From the NCBI GenBank assembly GCA_017499595.2, contig CM039007.1, positions 2,604,001 to 2,668,000 of the forward strand: a DNA stretch of 64,000 nucleotides, in the 5' to 3' direction. Shown here in pieces: positions 39,939 through 53,350 of the stretch. Position 1 is the first letter of the stretch. Each line of letters begins with the position of its first letter. A model generated the notes under the pieces. That model was not told the origin of the DNA and did not search any database. It saw only the letters and a program-made list of their open reading frames with translations. The translations under genes and the position numbers were made by a program. The stretch comes from Psilocybe cubensis. Taxonomy: Eukaryota.

Positions 39939-42045
39939 ATGTTCAAGAAACCTCTGAGCAATCTCAAGACTTCTGCCCCTCTCAGAAGCTCGGATCGTAG
40001 AAAGCTGAAGCAACGGGCTATCACAAGCTACAGTCTAACGCCGGAAGAGGGTGATGTCTTGGTGCCAGATGGGATTTTATCTGTGAAGTTTAGCACTCAT
40101 GTTGACGAACCTGGCGTGAGTACTAGGAAATACCATATCGTCTTTTTTCATAATTTGTAACAGGTTGCATATCTGAGTTCCGATGGAGACCCTCTATGGT
40201 TCACCATTGGAAAAGGAACTGAATTGGATCTGATTCCAACGATCTATACGCTCTGGAAGAAACAAGACCTCCTTCCATACTTGTCTACGCCGTCAGCTGT
40301 TACACCGATACTGATTGGAGGAGCCGACTTGATGATACCCGGAGGTTAGTCAAGTCATAATATGACTGTAGTTTGCTGACTTTCTTACCCAAGCCAGTCA
40401 TACACTGCCCACCAGCACTTCCACCGCAACAACTTGTCGCCATTCGGCAGTTCATTAGGAAAGATGGACAGCCGTTTATCTCACCTCCAGTAGCTGTAGG
40501 GTGGATGGCACTTCCAAGTGATCAGCTTCGGACAGCTGCGAAGGAAAAGGGCAAGGCGGTACACATCGCACATACCTGGAAGGATCATCTGTGGGATATG
40601 GGTTCTAAGTCTGACATCCCAGATGACACCACCATTAGTACAGGACCTGGGGAGGAGACAGCAGGAGACTCAAGTGACGGTGAAAACGAAGATGAGGGCA
40701 AAAGTAGCGCTACTCCTCCTCCGCATAGTGATGGACCAGTTAGTCCCAGCCCTGAGCCATCTGTAACATATAGCGCCGCAGAAGTGACCGAACTACTCGA
40801 TAAATCCTTACTACAAGCCATCAAGACATCACTTCCCGGTTCTTCATTCCCGATCCCTGCGACACAATTCTACTCGAATTACATCCTCCCATCGCGACCT
40901 GCTTTCCCCACCCTCATTGTCTCCCCCGCTGGGTATATTCCCTCCTCTTCTCCCAGAAGTGATGCCCCAACAGTCATAACAGATATCACTATTAAAACTT
41001 CCACTCACAAGTCCCTGACTGCGTTTCTGAAAGTTGCCGAAAAAGCGTCTCTGCTCACTTTGAAGCCGCCACAGAAGAACCAACCTGATGTACTTGTTAC
41101 GTCGGTCAACGGGTCTCATCCAAGTGTCGTTGACCATGCATCATTTGTCACAGTAAAGGATATCGAAACAACGGCCGTCAAAAAAGCAGCGCGCGAAGAA
41201 AAAGAAAGAGAAAGCCAAGCGCACAAGGATATTGAGATACGAGAGTTATACAAGCCTCATCAGACAAGCATAGAATTATTTGAAGGCATGGGGGCCAGGT
41301 AAATACTCTTCTCTTTCGGAAGTATCGATACTTACTACTTCGTATTAACAGCAAATCGGATCTGTATACAATTCCTGAAATTCGATCGCTAGTCAACAAT
41401 TACATTACCTCCCACAACCTCGTTAATGCTCGCGAACAGGCATACATCAACTTGGACGAGCTGCTGTATTCTTGTGTGTCGGTGAAGCAAAAGGCAAAGT
41501 CAAAGAGCAAAGAATCGGAGTCCGAAACACCTCAGTTCATGAAGCGGGACGAGCTCACGAAGAAGATCATCGCTAAGATGCAAAGCTGGTATGAGATACG
41601 GCCAGATGGTCGTGATCCTGTTACAAAGTAAAACCCTCCTCCTTTCGACTTCTGGCTTCGACTAATGCACATCTTTTTGCCCTCAGGAAAGGGACTTTAA
41701 CACCTGTTCAAGTCGTAATGAAAGTCCGCCAGGGCCGTAAAGCATCGACTCTCATTACGGGATTTGAGCCCTTCTTTGTTGATGCAGAAGAAATGGCAGA
41801 AGACCTCCGTAAAGCTTGCGCTGGTTCTACATCTGGTTAGTTTTTCTCCTAAAACGCGTAAATACCTCGCTTACATGACGCGGTCATGACTGTGTTCAGT
41901 TTCTCCCATTCCAGGGAAGCCTGCGGGTGCTGGGCTGGAAGTTTTGGTGCAAGGAAAGCAATCTACGGCTGTTGTGGAATATCTTACCGCGAAAGGTATT
42001 CCGAAGAAATGGATCGAGGTTGCCGACCTTTCCGGAAAGAAATAA
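39939..42045 (+). CDS. TMA64: eIF2D / Tma64 (pre-PUA, PUA, SWIB, SUI1 domains), multi-exon
   Basis: MFKKP...LRSSDRRKLK, IPTIYTLWK, LIGGADLMIPG and KGKAVHIAHTWKDHLW. SUI1 domain KVRQGRKASTLITGFE...CAGSTS...EVLVQGKQ...GIPKKWIEV. Confidence 0.9.
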
Positions 42046-42583
42046 ACCAATTATTCATCAAAGTGTACAACGGTATAGTTTTCAAATTGACATCATAAAG
42101 AATAGTTTAACTGCTAGTTTAAATGTCGTCACTCGGGATTCTACGATGACTTACCTTTGCTTCCTTTGCCCGTCGTTGACCTTGGTCTTCTGTTCAACGG
42201 CTTTAGGTAGTCATGCAGAAAGTAATGCAGCGCAGCCAGCGATGGCGCACAATAGCACATTAATTTGTCGTGGTCTACGTCAGCCTCACCAACGTCAGCG
42301 CTCTGCATCCAAGTCAACCATGATGCATGAACCTGTTCGAGTCTGAAACTACACGACGGCCGGCATGCTAATCGCGACCACGTGAAGATTCGTTATATTT
42401 CCCTGAATGGTCGCGGACCGTCAGCCTCATATTTAATTCTTTCCCTTTCCACTACCACAACGCCTTTAAAGTATCTGCTAGCAGTGAGTTTTTGATTCTC
42501 CTAAATACTTTCAGCCCAGCCTCTCAGTCGTTTTATTCACCCCAACGCAGCATCACTACTATTCCAAACTACCTCTCATTCTA

Positions 42584-44473
42584 ATGTCACCCAGTTCACG
42601 TTCGAGCTCTCGCCGAAACTCGTCTGGCGGTTTTAAACCCTATACACGCGGAGTATCGCCCATTATGCTCGCTTCTGTACCGGACGGCTGTCAGGACAAG
42701 CCACCAAACAGTATGGAACGTCCAGGATTCCCCACATATGCGCAGTACAAACAAGTCGAGGCGACCTACTTGAATTCGCTTACCCCGCGCAGGCAAGGAA
42801 AGGCTCTTATCTCTCAGGCCCTGTTTGATAGAATCTGGGACGTTCTTCACCAGCCGGACTCGCAAGGGGAGACTGCACAGTTCCGCTTCTGGGCACGGAA
42901 GATGTTCACTCTGAGCAAGAACCACCGTGTCAGTCTCGGTGTCGACGAAAACGGAGAGGAGGCTCCTCAGGAGGTGCTTCTTCATGATAATCTTCTTGTC
43001 GCTATACAGGAACAACTGTATGACCTCCTATGTTATTGTCACGGAAGCACTGGCCACGGCGGTCGGGATAAAACCTGCGCTCTCATTCGAAAACACTATA
43101 CCTGGGTTCCCAAAGATCTTGTCTCGAACTTTATCAAAGCTTGCCCCACCTGCATTATGAAGAAATGCGGAAACCCTGATGGTGCAGCGGCGATGGCTCA
43201 GATGACGGATTCTGCGAAGCTCGATGACTCCCCCTTTCCTGTGTTTCGTGACTTTTTCCAGCAGAACATGTATCATCCCGACAGTGTTGTCGCTGCTGCT
43301 CATGATTCTCCTATTGGAAATGAACAAGCTTTACCTTGGCCCATGATGGGAGATGTTGGCGCTGGTACAAGCGCTGGACCCAAGGAGCTCCCTATGCCTC
43401 CCTCGATGCTTGATCTTGGCGATGGCACCATGGAGTCTGTGTATCGCAACGCTATGCTTCGCTCTCGTAAGAATACTGTGGGTGCCAACGGAACTGCTCC
43501 TAGAGGCTTGCAAAGCTATCCCATGGTCCGTGAAGTATCTCTTTACAAAGGACTTCCGAACGGTTGGCAGTTTCGTCACAGCGACTACGCTGCCGCCCAT
43601 GCTGAGTTTATGCGAACAAAAGACTTGCCTCAGGTCGAGGAGTATACTGCCTCGGGCACTCGTGTCCAGCGGCCTCGTGTTCCCAGTATTCTGCCACTCT
43701 GGGGCCCCGAAAGATTTTCGAATCCTGAGTATGACGAACATGATCTAGCGGATCAAACTCAAGAAAGTATCTTGTCTATGGACCGCACTATGTCATCGAG
43801 CCAGGCCGATGATGGACACTCCTCTGCGATGACCATGCACTATCTGCTTATGTCCTCTGACATTCCTCCTGAAACAAAGCAGGAGAAGGAGGAGTACATT
43901 CCACATATCGATCCGTTGTTGATGGGCTTCTCTGAGCATGCTCCGTCGTCCTTGCCCACTCAAGACCAGCAGCAGCCAGCCATTGAGCACGAAGAGCTTC
44001 CCAGCGCTTCTGATAGTCAAGGTCCGGATGCAGAGTCGCCCACCCTGGGATCAAGTACAAACTTCCCTTCGTCGTCCTCCATTAAGCGTGCCGCTGCTCC
44101 CCTACGCCTGAATATTGATTTCCCGAACGAGAGGACCATTCAAGCGCTGCTTGCTTACCGCGACAGCATGGGCGAAGGCAACGTCACTCCCGACAGCCCT
44201 CTTACTGCTGCCTGGAATGCGGGGAACCCCAGCCCTGCGAGCAGCGACAGTTCATCATCGAGCTCGCAACTCTCTGCGTTCCCTATGAGCAGCACCGGGA
44301 CCACACCGGGGAGCTCGGCACTCACCACCCCTGTTGACGAATGCGGTGGCGAGGATAAGAAAGGGGAAAGCTGTGGATCCGATATAGTCGATAAAGGAAA
44401 AGGAAAACATGTTCTTTCAGAGGTTGGGGAAGCGACGTTAAGTCAAGCCATTGAGGCTGCTTGTGGGATATGA
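42584..44473 (+). CDS. Intronless protein with an integrase zinc-binding (H2C2-like) domain and a long disordered tail
   Basis: LYDLLCYCHGSTGHGGRDKTCALIRKHYTWVPKDLVSNFIKACPTC. No DDE catalytic core, RT or LTRs seen. Confidence 0.8.
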   Translation: MSPSSRSSSRRNSSGGFKPYTRGVSPIMLASVPDGCQDKPPNSMERPGFPTYAQYKQVEATYLNSLTPRRQGKALISQALFDRIWDVLHQPDSQGETAQFRFWARKMFTLSKNHRVSLGVDENGEEAPQEVLLHDNLLVAIQEQLYDLLCYCHGSTGHGGRDKTCALIRKHYTWVPKDLVSNFIKACPTCIMKKCGNPDGAAAMAQMTDSAKLDDSPFPVFRDFFQQNMYHPDSVVAAAHDSPIGNEQALPWPMMGDVGAGTSAGPKELPMPPSMLDLGDGTMESVYRNAMLRSRKNTVGANGTAPRGLQSYPMVREVSLYKGLPNGWQFRHSDYAAAHAEFMRTKDLPQVEEYTASGTRVQRPRVPSILPLWGPERFSNPEYDEHDLADQTQESILSMDRTMSSSQADDGHSSAMTMHYLLMSSDIPPETKQEKEEYIPHIDPLLMGFSEHAPSSLPTQDQQQPAIEHEELPSASDSQGPDAESPTLGSSTNFPSSSSIKRAAAPLRLNIDFPNERTIQALLAYRDSMGEGNVTPDSPLTAAWNAGNPSPASSDSSSSSSQLSAFPMSSTGTTPGSSALTTPVDECGGEDKKGESCGSDIVDKGKGKHVLSEVGEATLSQAIEAACGI

Positions 44474-44820
44474 GGCCATGTGCCGATTCTCTATTTCTTC
44501 TCATTTTTGTTGGAATGATACCATGCTACCAATCTATCCAGTGCGCCATCCTTAAATTATCTATCACGTATCATGTACCTTGTATCCAATCTACATATAT
44601 CCGATATACGATCATCCAGCATACAATACGAAGTAACAAAACTCGTTGCTTGTTCTAAGTAAGGATGGACGATCGCGTCATTGTGAAGATGTTGACTTGG
44701 CCTGAACCGTATAGTTCTCCGCTTTAAAATTACCGGAACGACCTAGGACGTTAAATTCCACACGACCAATTTTTGACCCAAACTAATAAGCTCGTAAAGC
44801 CTCCTGTCTACTAAACGTCC

Positions 44821-46428
44821 ATGAGTGTCATGTCCAACTCGATTCCTCCCATTTACAAACTTAACGACGACATCCTTTCCCTAATCATACAAATCAATGC
44901 AGACATGTTCATCGACAGGTCCGCTTTTCTCCACACACGTAACGCCTCTCAGGTCTGCCACCCCTGGCGCCAAAGCTTACTCGAATCATCAACTCTGTGG
45001 GCGCGATTATTTGACATAGATCAGCTACGGAGCATGCCAGACCCAGATTGGTGGGGGCAAGAAATACTGCGACGAGCCGGTACTGCACCATTGTGGATAA
45101 AATGCACACAGATTGAAAGGTATGCCCAGCAGACGGTGATACAGCTTCTCCTTACAGTTCTCGACACGCGGTGGGATAGAGTGGAGAGGCTTTATGTTCG
45201 CAGCGCTATCATTGACGACCAGGGAGAGTCAATGGCGCATCACCTTTGGGAATGTTTACTCAAACGGGCACCTTCATTGAAGCAATTGGGTCTTTATATA
45301 TCTGGTCGAGAGAATGCACCTCTCAGCAGGCCGCTGCTGGGAGACTCTGCGCCATTGTTAAAGGTGCTTAGAATAAACAGGCTCACGTTCAGTGTTCAGG
45401 CACCTTGGTTAAGTGGTCTACGCTCCCTCACAATTGGATCCACTACCCCCTCGGACCTTCTTCAGGTGCTCGAAGGAATTTCACATCTAGAGGCCTTACG
45501 AGTAGATGATATTTGTGACGATGGAGAGGCAGATGTGGGTGATAAACCTTCGTTACCATCTGTTCTTCGGCTTCGACATCTGGAGCAGTTTGATATCAGT
45601 GCTTCGCAACTTACACCTTGCTCTACATTTTTGAAACAGATCACAACCTCGTCCAAATGTTCTTCTGTAAGCTTGCGCTTTCTTATTCCTAAGAAAGACT
45701 CTTCACGGAATATCCTGCCTGGCCTTTTGCTTCCGTTTTCGCAATTTCTGGACCGTTACCTCGCATTTTTTCCTGAGAGCGCCATGTCGATGACACATAC
45801 CCCAGATGCCTTCACATTATCATCTTCTGAGCCTAACAACTCTAACTCATTTATGTTAACCATTTGTTTCGAAGGGAAATACTCGTTCACCGCCTATCTG
45901 CTTGCAATTATCTTGGGTACATTTACTTCAGGAATGCCGAAAGTGGTATCCATGAAGTTTGGAACGTTCAGAACGACACAACAGGTAGTCGAGACCATCA
46001 TATCATTTCTTCCCAGGTTCACCTCTCTGATTACACTCGAAGCCGACGAACGCTTTATACTACGTCTGATGGAGGAGAAGGAAAATCACACTGGACTTCT
46101 TTTGCCAACTCTACGCACTATTAACATTAATGCATTCAATGTCTCATTTTTTGGAAGCTTTGGTGGTATCGACGAAGAAAATCGCTCTCCGCTCGTCGAT
46201 TACCTTGTGCTCCGCATGGTGCGGGGGAGCCCAATCGGTGTCCTTGATCTCACACAATGCCCAGATTTGGACGTCAGGGCTTTAGTTCCTGTCCTTGAAA
46301 ATTCAAACCTTGCAGGGTTAAATGTCCTATGGGCACGATATAGCATGTCCGGCGTTCGCCAGAGATTTCAACACGTATGCGGGGCGCCTACACACTTCCC
46401 AGTTGATTCTCTAAGCATTAACTGTTAA
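44821..46428 (+). CDS. F-box-like/LRR-like protein, intronless
   Basis: PIYKLNDDILSLII...ASQVCHPWRQSLLESSTLWARL...EILRRAGTAPLWI followed by leucine-rich repeats. Confidence 0.8.
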   Translation: MSVMSNSIPPIYKLNDDILSLIIQINADMFIDRSAFLHTRNASQVCHPWRQSLLESSTLWARLFDIDQLRSMPDPDWWGQEILRRAGTAPLWIKCTQIERYAQQTVIQLLLTVLDTRWDRVERLYVRSAIIDDQGESMAHHLWECLLKRAPSLKQLGLYISGRENAPLSRPLLGDSAPLLKVLRINRLTFSVQAPWLSGLRSLTIGSTTPSDLLQVLEGISHLEALRVDDICDDGEADVGDKPSLPSVLRLRHLEQFDISASQLTPCSTFLKQITTSSKCSSVSLRFLIPKKDSSRNILPGLLLPFSQFLDRYLAFFPESAMSMTHTPDAFTLSSSEPNNSNSFMLTICFEGKYSFTAYLLAIILGTFTSGMPKVVSMKFGTFRTTQQVVETIISFLPRFTSLITLEADERFILRLMEEKENHTGLLLPTLRTININAFNVSFFGSFGGIDEENRSPLVDYLVLRMVRGSPIGVLDLTQCPDLDVRALVPVLENSNLAGLNVLWARYSMSGVRQRFQHVCGAPTHFPVDSLSINC

Positions 46429-46914
46429 TGCCTATAGATGGACATCTCGACCATTGACATGTCCGAGTATCTCTGAAACATCTCATGGATATGTGGAGAA
46501 TTCAGGCCTAAGTTATGGAGCGCTATTACAAAAACGGGCGAATCCTGGTGATGATTAGAAGAGATCTCTTGTGATCCATTTCTACTGGCCTATGTGCTAG
46601 CGATGTCTATGAACATATCCTTTCGTGTCAAAGTCGATTTTTTTCTCTCCATCTCGGCGCGGAAATCAAGTATTGATCGAATCCTGAGAAAATTTCCGAG
46701 TTCGTATTCCAATTGACTCAAAATACCGTCACTCTTTCCAAAAAAAACAATTATTATTCCATTCAAAAAAATAAGTCGGTGAGACGTCGACCATGCTATT
46801 AGGTAGGCAGGAGCTGTCTGTGTACCTATCGTTTAAATATTTCTATAATGCTATACAATTGAAGCCAACGTACGTGATTCTGCTTCTCGCAATGTAGAGA
46901 TGGATTGAGGTTGT

Positions 46915-48354
46915 TCACTCATCTTCAAATGAAGTCAAGGTTTTAGCAAATCTGTCGACCAGGTCGGAGGAATATTCTTTGCCACTGGACTTCAGATAGT
47001 GAAAGGCTTGCTCGAGCAAGCTACGGTTTCCGTATTTGATATCAAAGTTCCTAGCCTCATTGAGTTCTAGAAGTTCAGCAAACAGTTCCCATGAAGAGGG
47101 AAAGAAATCTGGATCTTCATAGCCCTTCAAAACCGAAATACAGATGCCTTTTAGATTTGTTCTGCGGCATATCCGGGGGAAATTTTTCCAAGGAAACACA
47201 GCATCCGCGCATATAGAGAATTTCTGAAGGTGGGGAAACAGGACATAGCTGCCAGTGGTTTCGGAAACTTGAACAAGTGCGTCGTAGAATGGCCCGAGAT
47301 TGGATTGCCTGCGATGCACTTCTGGCACACCAGTATGTGGAGGAAATTCCAAGGAAAAATTCCTCACGTTGGGAGATGCCTTTGCAATTTCTATGAGGAC
47401 GTCGGTTTCAATAGAAGCCGTATATATATCCAATTCTTGGATGGAGCAGGATGAACGTGAGAGGAATGAGCAAAAGGCTGCCGAAGGGAAAGGATAGCAC
47501 TGTGATTCGGTGCAGCAATCTATTAAGCTGGGGAGGGAAACCGTTCGAAAGAATGTATCGAGGGCGACGTCAGCTTCAGATTCGCTGTCTTCATGCGATT
47601 CGATCATTAAATTCTGTAGTTTGGAATGGGTGATTTGCTTGTATCCGTCAGGTGGGAGTGAGGAGTCCATATGAACGTAAACTCTGCGAAACGACACAAG
47701 CTGAGGAGCCATGTTAATGACATGAAATACATCAATGAGGCAGACTTCGAGTCCCTCCACGGTAGTGAGATTACCCCAATTGATGTCAAGTAAATTCACA
47801 TAATAACCGAGTATGCAGAGGTCTTTTGGTGCCACATTTGGTCCAAGGTAGAGTGGCGAAGTGATGGTGAGAGGTATGATTCTCAAAATCTCAAGTATAG
47901 AGGAACGACTAGGTGGCGAAAATCGAGACTGGGCCAGATAGGTCAAATTAGACAGGATCAAAAACCGACAGCGATAGAGAAGTCGGTTGACTAGATCAAC
48001 TAACGGAAGAATAATGGTTTCCGTTGATTCTGTAGCTGATAGATAAACATCCAATGGAAGGACCCCTGAGCGCATGAGCCATCCCATAGCGAGCTGAACT
48101 TTGGATTCTGTTGTCCTGGAACCAAACTTGAATCTAAGCCTCGTCCAAAGTGAAGGAGTTGTCCAAGCCGTATAGCGCCATGTTTTACACACAGCTCCAA
48201 GCGGAAAGACCTCGTAGGTCGGGTCAAAGCTGTTGTCTTGCTCATCTTTTCCAACGTAGAACTTGAACATACGTGCGAGGACCTCGAGAGGCAATCGATG
48301 AATGCGGCCGGATACGGTGACTGCGACAGACGATTCTGCATGATAAACAGGCAT
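46915..48354 (-). CDS. F-box-like/LRR-like protein, intronless
   Basis: IHRLPLEVLARMF...FPLGAVCKTWRYTAWTTPSLWT...WLMRSGVLPLDV and FLSRSSCSIQEL. Confidence 0.85.
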   Translation of the reverse strand: MPVYHAESSVAVTVSGRIHRLPLEVLARMFKFYVGKDEQDNSFDPTYEVFPLGAVCKTWRYTAWTTPSLWTRLRFKFGSRTTESKVQLAMGWLMRSGVLPLDVYLSATESTETIILPLVDLVNRLLYRCRFLILSNLTYLAQSRFSPPSRSSILEILRIIPLTITSPLYLGPNVAPKDLCILGYYVNLLDINWGNLTTVEGLEVCLIDVFHVINMAPQLVSFRRVYVHMDSSLPPDGYKQITHSKLQNLMIESHEDSESEADVALDTFFRTVSLPSLIDCCTESQCYPFPSAAFCSFLSRSSCSIQELDIYTASIETDVLIEIAKASPNVRNFSLEFPPHTGVPEVHRRQSNLGPFYDALVQVSETTGSYVLFPHLQKFSICADAVFPWKNFPRICRRTNLKGICISVLKGYEDPDFFPSSWELFAELLELNEARNFDIKYGNRSLLEQAFHYLKSSGKEYSSDLVDRFAKTLTSFEDE

Positions 48355-48390
48355 CGTGTGCGCAAAAATTTAGGTACACTTTGGTTGGAG

Positions 48391-48927
48391 TTATCGGAAG
48401 TGTTGTGCGAGCGTTGGGTTCACCGCGAATGGAGGGTAAATCGATGGGAGAACCTGACCAAGAGTTCCTGGGAAGATCCCACGGCCAAGACAAGACAACA
48501 AAGGCTTAACTCGTGGCAGCAAGCGTGGCAACAGTGGCGACGGGATGTATCCGACCCTGAACTTTTCCATACCGTACGCACCGGCGAACAGCGTCGACTC
48601 TGTATCTGATAAATAGACATCCAACGGAAGTTCCCCTGAGCGCATAAGCCATTCCATAGCGAGCTGAACCTTGGATTCTGTTGTCCTGGAACCAAACTTG
48701 AATCTAAGCCTTGTCCAAAGTGAAGCAGTTGTCCAAGCAGTATAGCGCCATGTTTTACATACAGCCCCAAGCGGAAAAACCTCATATATTTCGACCAAAT
48801 GATTGTCTTGTTCGTCTTTTCCAACACAGAGCTCGAACATAAGTGCGAGGACTTCGAGAGGCAAACGATGAATGTGGTCGGATCTGGTAATGTAGTTGAT
48901 AGATGTTTCTTGGTCCTTTGACATCAT
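48391..48927 (-). pseudogene. Truncated tandem duplicate of the F-box N-terminus (F-box-only ORF or gene fragment)
   Basis: ~48595-48883 is a near copy of ~48025-48313 (offset 570 bp). The sequence diverges after LSDTEST. Confidence 0.65.
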
Positions 48928-49113
48928 ATACACAATTGTTTAGGCACCTTTAGGTTAAAGCCGTCGGTGAGTGTTGGTACTTGGTTGATACTCTGATTTT
49001 GCTCCAGGTCATCGATATCCAAACATCACGTGATATTTTTTTGTTCCCTGTGGCCGTCGTCAATTCACCACAACTGACGATGAACTAACGACGACGAAGG
49101 CGCTCCTTTCAAA

Positions 49114-50390
<1,277 letters not shown>

Positions 50391-50746
50391 GATCCGACAC
50401 GCCAGTTTTCAATGCGCCCATTCCATTGTTGTGACACCCTCTGCCCCTCGCTATCAATGCGCCCGTAGCCGTTGTTCTGACAAGATGAAATGTCTCTTTA
50501 CCCTCGAGCGGCGATTGGACGGTCACTTGACATACACCCGAGGTTTAGATCTACGCTTTCTCTGCTCGAGAAGCGACCCCACGTTTTCATAGGCTTTCAC
50601 AGCACAAAAAATTGAGACCCCAAAAGATTCCACGATCATAAATGTACACCTAGAGCGATATATGCTGTACGACTACTTTGGATTTATTTTAATTTATAGT
50701 GCATTCTTAATGTACACTAGATTCAGGGTATCGATCCCTCAGTTAC

Positions 50747-52670
50747 TTACAATTGCTGCAAGCCCTGAAGCCCGTCGGGAGGCACGGCAGTAATATCAGA
50801 CACACTTAGGTAGGCCTGCATACTGATTGGCCGATATATCCACATCTCACCCTCTTGGAAGCAACCTAAATCGTACTCAGCCCTTTTTGGCGGCTGTCCT
50901 ACGCTCTGTTCCACCACGACAATGACCCCCAGATCCGCAGGACTCAGATCGCCCCCGTCTTTAGGGGTCGAAGCGGGCACTGCGTCGCAGACAACGACAG
51001 CCGTGTGGTCTGGGTCGCCCAAAGTAAAAAAACCCCCCGGGGAACTCCTGCCCATGCCAATTCTCACCCGCCGCCATTCGGTGATATCTCCGCGGCGCAC
51101 GCGGTCGTCGCCGCCGCGCCATTTCCCCGCCATCTGGCGCCCGTCGTTAGACGCCCGGCCAGCGAAGATGAGGTGTCCGTGTGTGCGGCTGATGCTGGGC
51201 ACGGGCTTGGGGATGTAGTCGTACGCGGCGAAATATTTGAGCGCCTCGTTAGCAAGATCCCAGCACTCTCCCCGCGCGCAGTACTCGCCCGTGCCGACGA
51301 ACGACTCGGCGAACAGCGCGACCGTCTCGCCATACACCTCGTGCGCCTCGATGAGCGCGTCGCGCCCTAGTGGCTTGGGTTGGGGCAGGTACGTGGCATG
51401 GCGCGTCGTGCCGCGATTTGGATCAGTGTTGGAGGTGTCGTAAGTGATGCTGCCCCAGAAGATGCTCAGGTCGGAGAAGAATATTCCTATATTCGTCGTC
51501 TTGCTCGTGTTGCGGGAGCGCCATGAACTGACATAGGTATGGTCGGTGGTGCCCTCGACGGGGGGCGGGATGGGTGGAGCCGAAGGTGAATCATACCACG
51601 CCGAATCCCAATGTGTCGTCGGTGCAAAATAGTGGGCCAGATCGAGGGCGGATGACCCATGTGTCGTCGCAGGGGGGTGGGATAAAACAAAGGCGGGTGA
51701 CGCTGAATAGAGTAAAGGGCGATTATAAACGGTATAGCAATCTAATCACGCACTGCCGGCCTGCGGACGAACCCAAGACGTGGGCTTGCTCTGGAAAGAC
51801 AGAAAATTTACATCGTGTGGGACAATCTCTGTTCAGACGGAGCTACTCACTGCTGTTCGAATGGGAGGTGGAGGTGCGTGTGAAGGTAATTCACGCTCCT
51901 GTCGCGTTATATCGCCCGTATCAGTTGCTTTGACGGCGCCACTACTCGTCGGCGGAACGAAGCGGGCAAAAAATTCGTCAAGCCAGGCAAAAAACACCTG
52001 CTTATCTTCCGGAGTAAGATTTGCCCAATCAATCTTTTCTTCGGCGGGAGCAGCTGGAGATACTCGGGGTGGCTGCGTGCTACCCGGACGGGTCGATCGG
52101 ACGATGGGAGGAGGTCCTGCCCCTGCACCCGTTGTTTGTGGCGGCAGGACTACAGGTGTCTGTTTACTGTACGATACCGACGCGGAAGACCTCGGAGGAG
52201 GAGGTGGCGGCGCTGCAGCCTTATTCCGAGACGGCAGCGGGGGAGCAGGGGAAACACTTTGCCCACGGGGCGGAAGACGAGGTGCAGGCGACACTGATTC
52301 GCTGCGATTGACAGGCGACAGCGCTGTAGAGGATGTCCTACTAGGTGGCGGTGGTAACGGAGGCAGGGCAGGCTTTGTGTTCCTGTTCACGAGACTCCTC
52401 GGTGGGGGTGGAGGTGGTGCAGGGTTTCCGCTGTAAGGGTCCCAATTCGTGTTTTTCATAGGTACACTATTTCAAAGACATTGAGACCCCCATCTCTATG
52501 AAAGAACGTCAATGAACACACCTAGTATTCCTGTCGCGTACATTCTGAAACTTTTCTACGCCAGACGACGACGCTTTCGCTGCCTTGGCTTTCAACTCTG
52601 CGACTAGACGTTATAGACACATGAGTTCACTGCGCTACAGCTTTAAAGAATCGGGGTTACATGAAGGCAT
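50747..52670 (-). CDS. Proline-rich protein with a C-terminal BBC1/AIM3-like cysteine-proteinase-fold domain, multi-exon
   Basis: MPS|FAELKAKA...WDPYSG, poly-Pro region and KIDWANLTPEDKQVFFAWLDEFF. C-terminal RGECWDLANEAL...HGHLIF...RRGDITEW...GDPDHTAVV...VVEQSVG. Confidence 0.7.
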
Positions 52671-53350
52671 GTCAATAAATTGTCTCCGGTTTCACGTCGC
52701 TATCGATAGCGTAAGGACAGAACAAGTGGGTCGATCGATCAAGCGTCTGCTGACGATCCAGAATCAAAATTGAATGTAATTAACGATGGGAATCACTGCA
52801 GATCGAAACGTAGAACTCGAGATGTATAGGATGTTTGCAGGGAGAGAAATGTGATTTGGGTGTAATGACAGTTCTGGTTGAACCTGGTTGAACGTTGGAA
52901 ACAAATGGCTCCGCGTCTTGTCCGCCTCCGACAAATGCCACGTGGTTTAGTGGGTTCGGCAAGCGCTAAGACTGACCTGGCAGAAATTCACAAGGATAGA
53001 TCGTCGTGTCGGAAGCACATGTCATGTAAAAAATTGTAATCGACATTCACAAGTCATGAACACGGCACGAAAAAATTAGCATTGAAACAAAGCAAAGCAT
53101 GGGATAAAACATAGAGTAGAGTAGTAGAAAAACATATATCAAAGCAGTACTAGATAACGCAATATAGCTACAGAGGGCGATGGGATAATTAGGAGTGGAA
53201 TAATATACATAAATATGGCATAAAGGTCAACTTTTGGCAAAAAAAATAAGTTGCAAACGCGTCTGAGAACCTTTCGAAACCTGATTGCAACCTGAAAAAA
53301 AAAAGAACCAGGCACCCAAAGAACGGAAAAATGTAGAGTGGCGACGCTGA

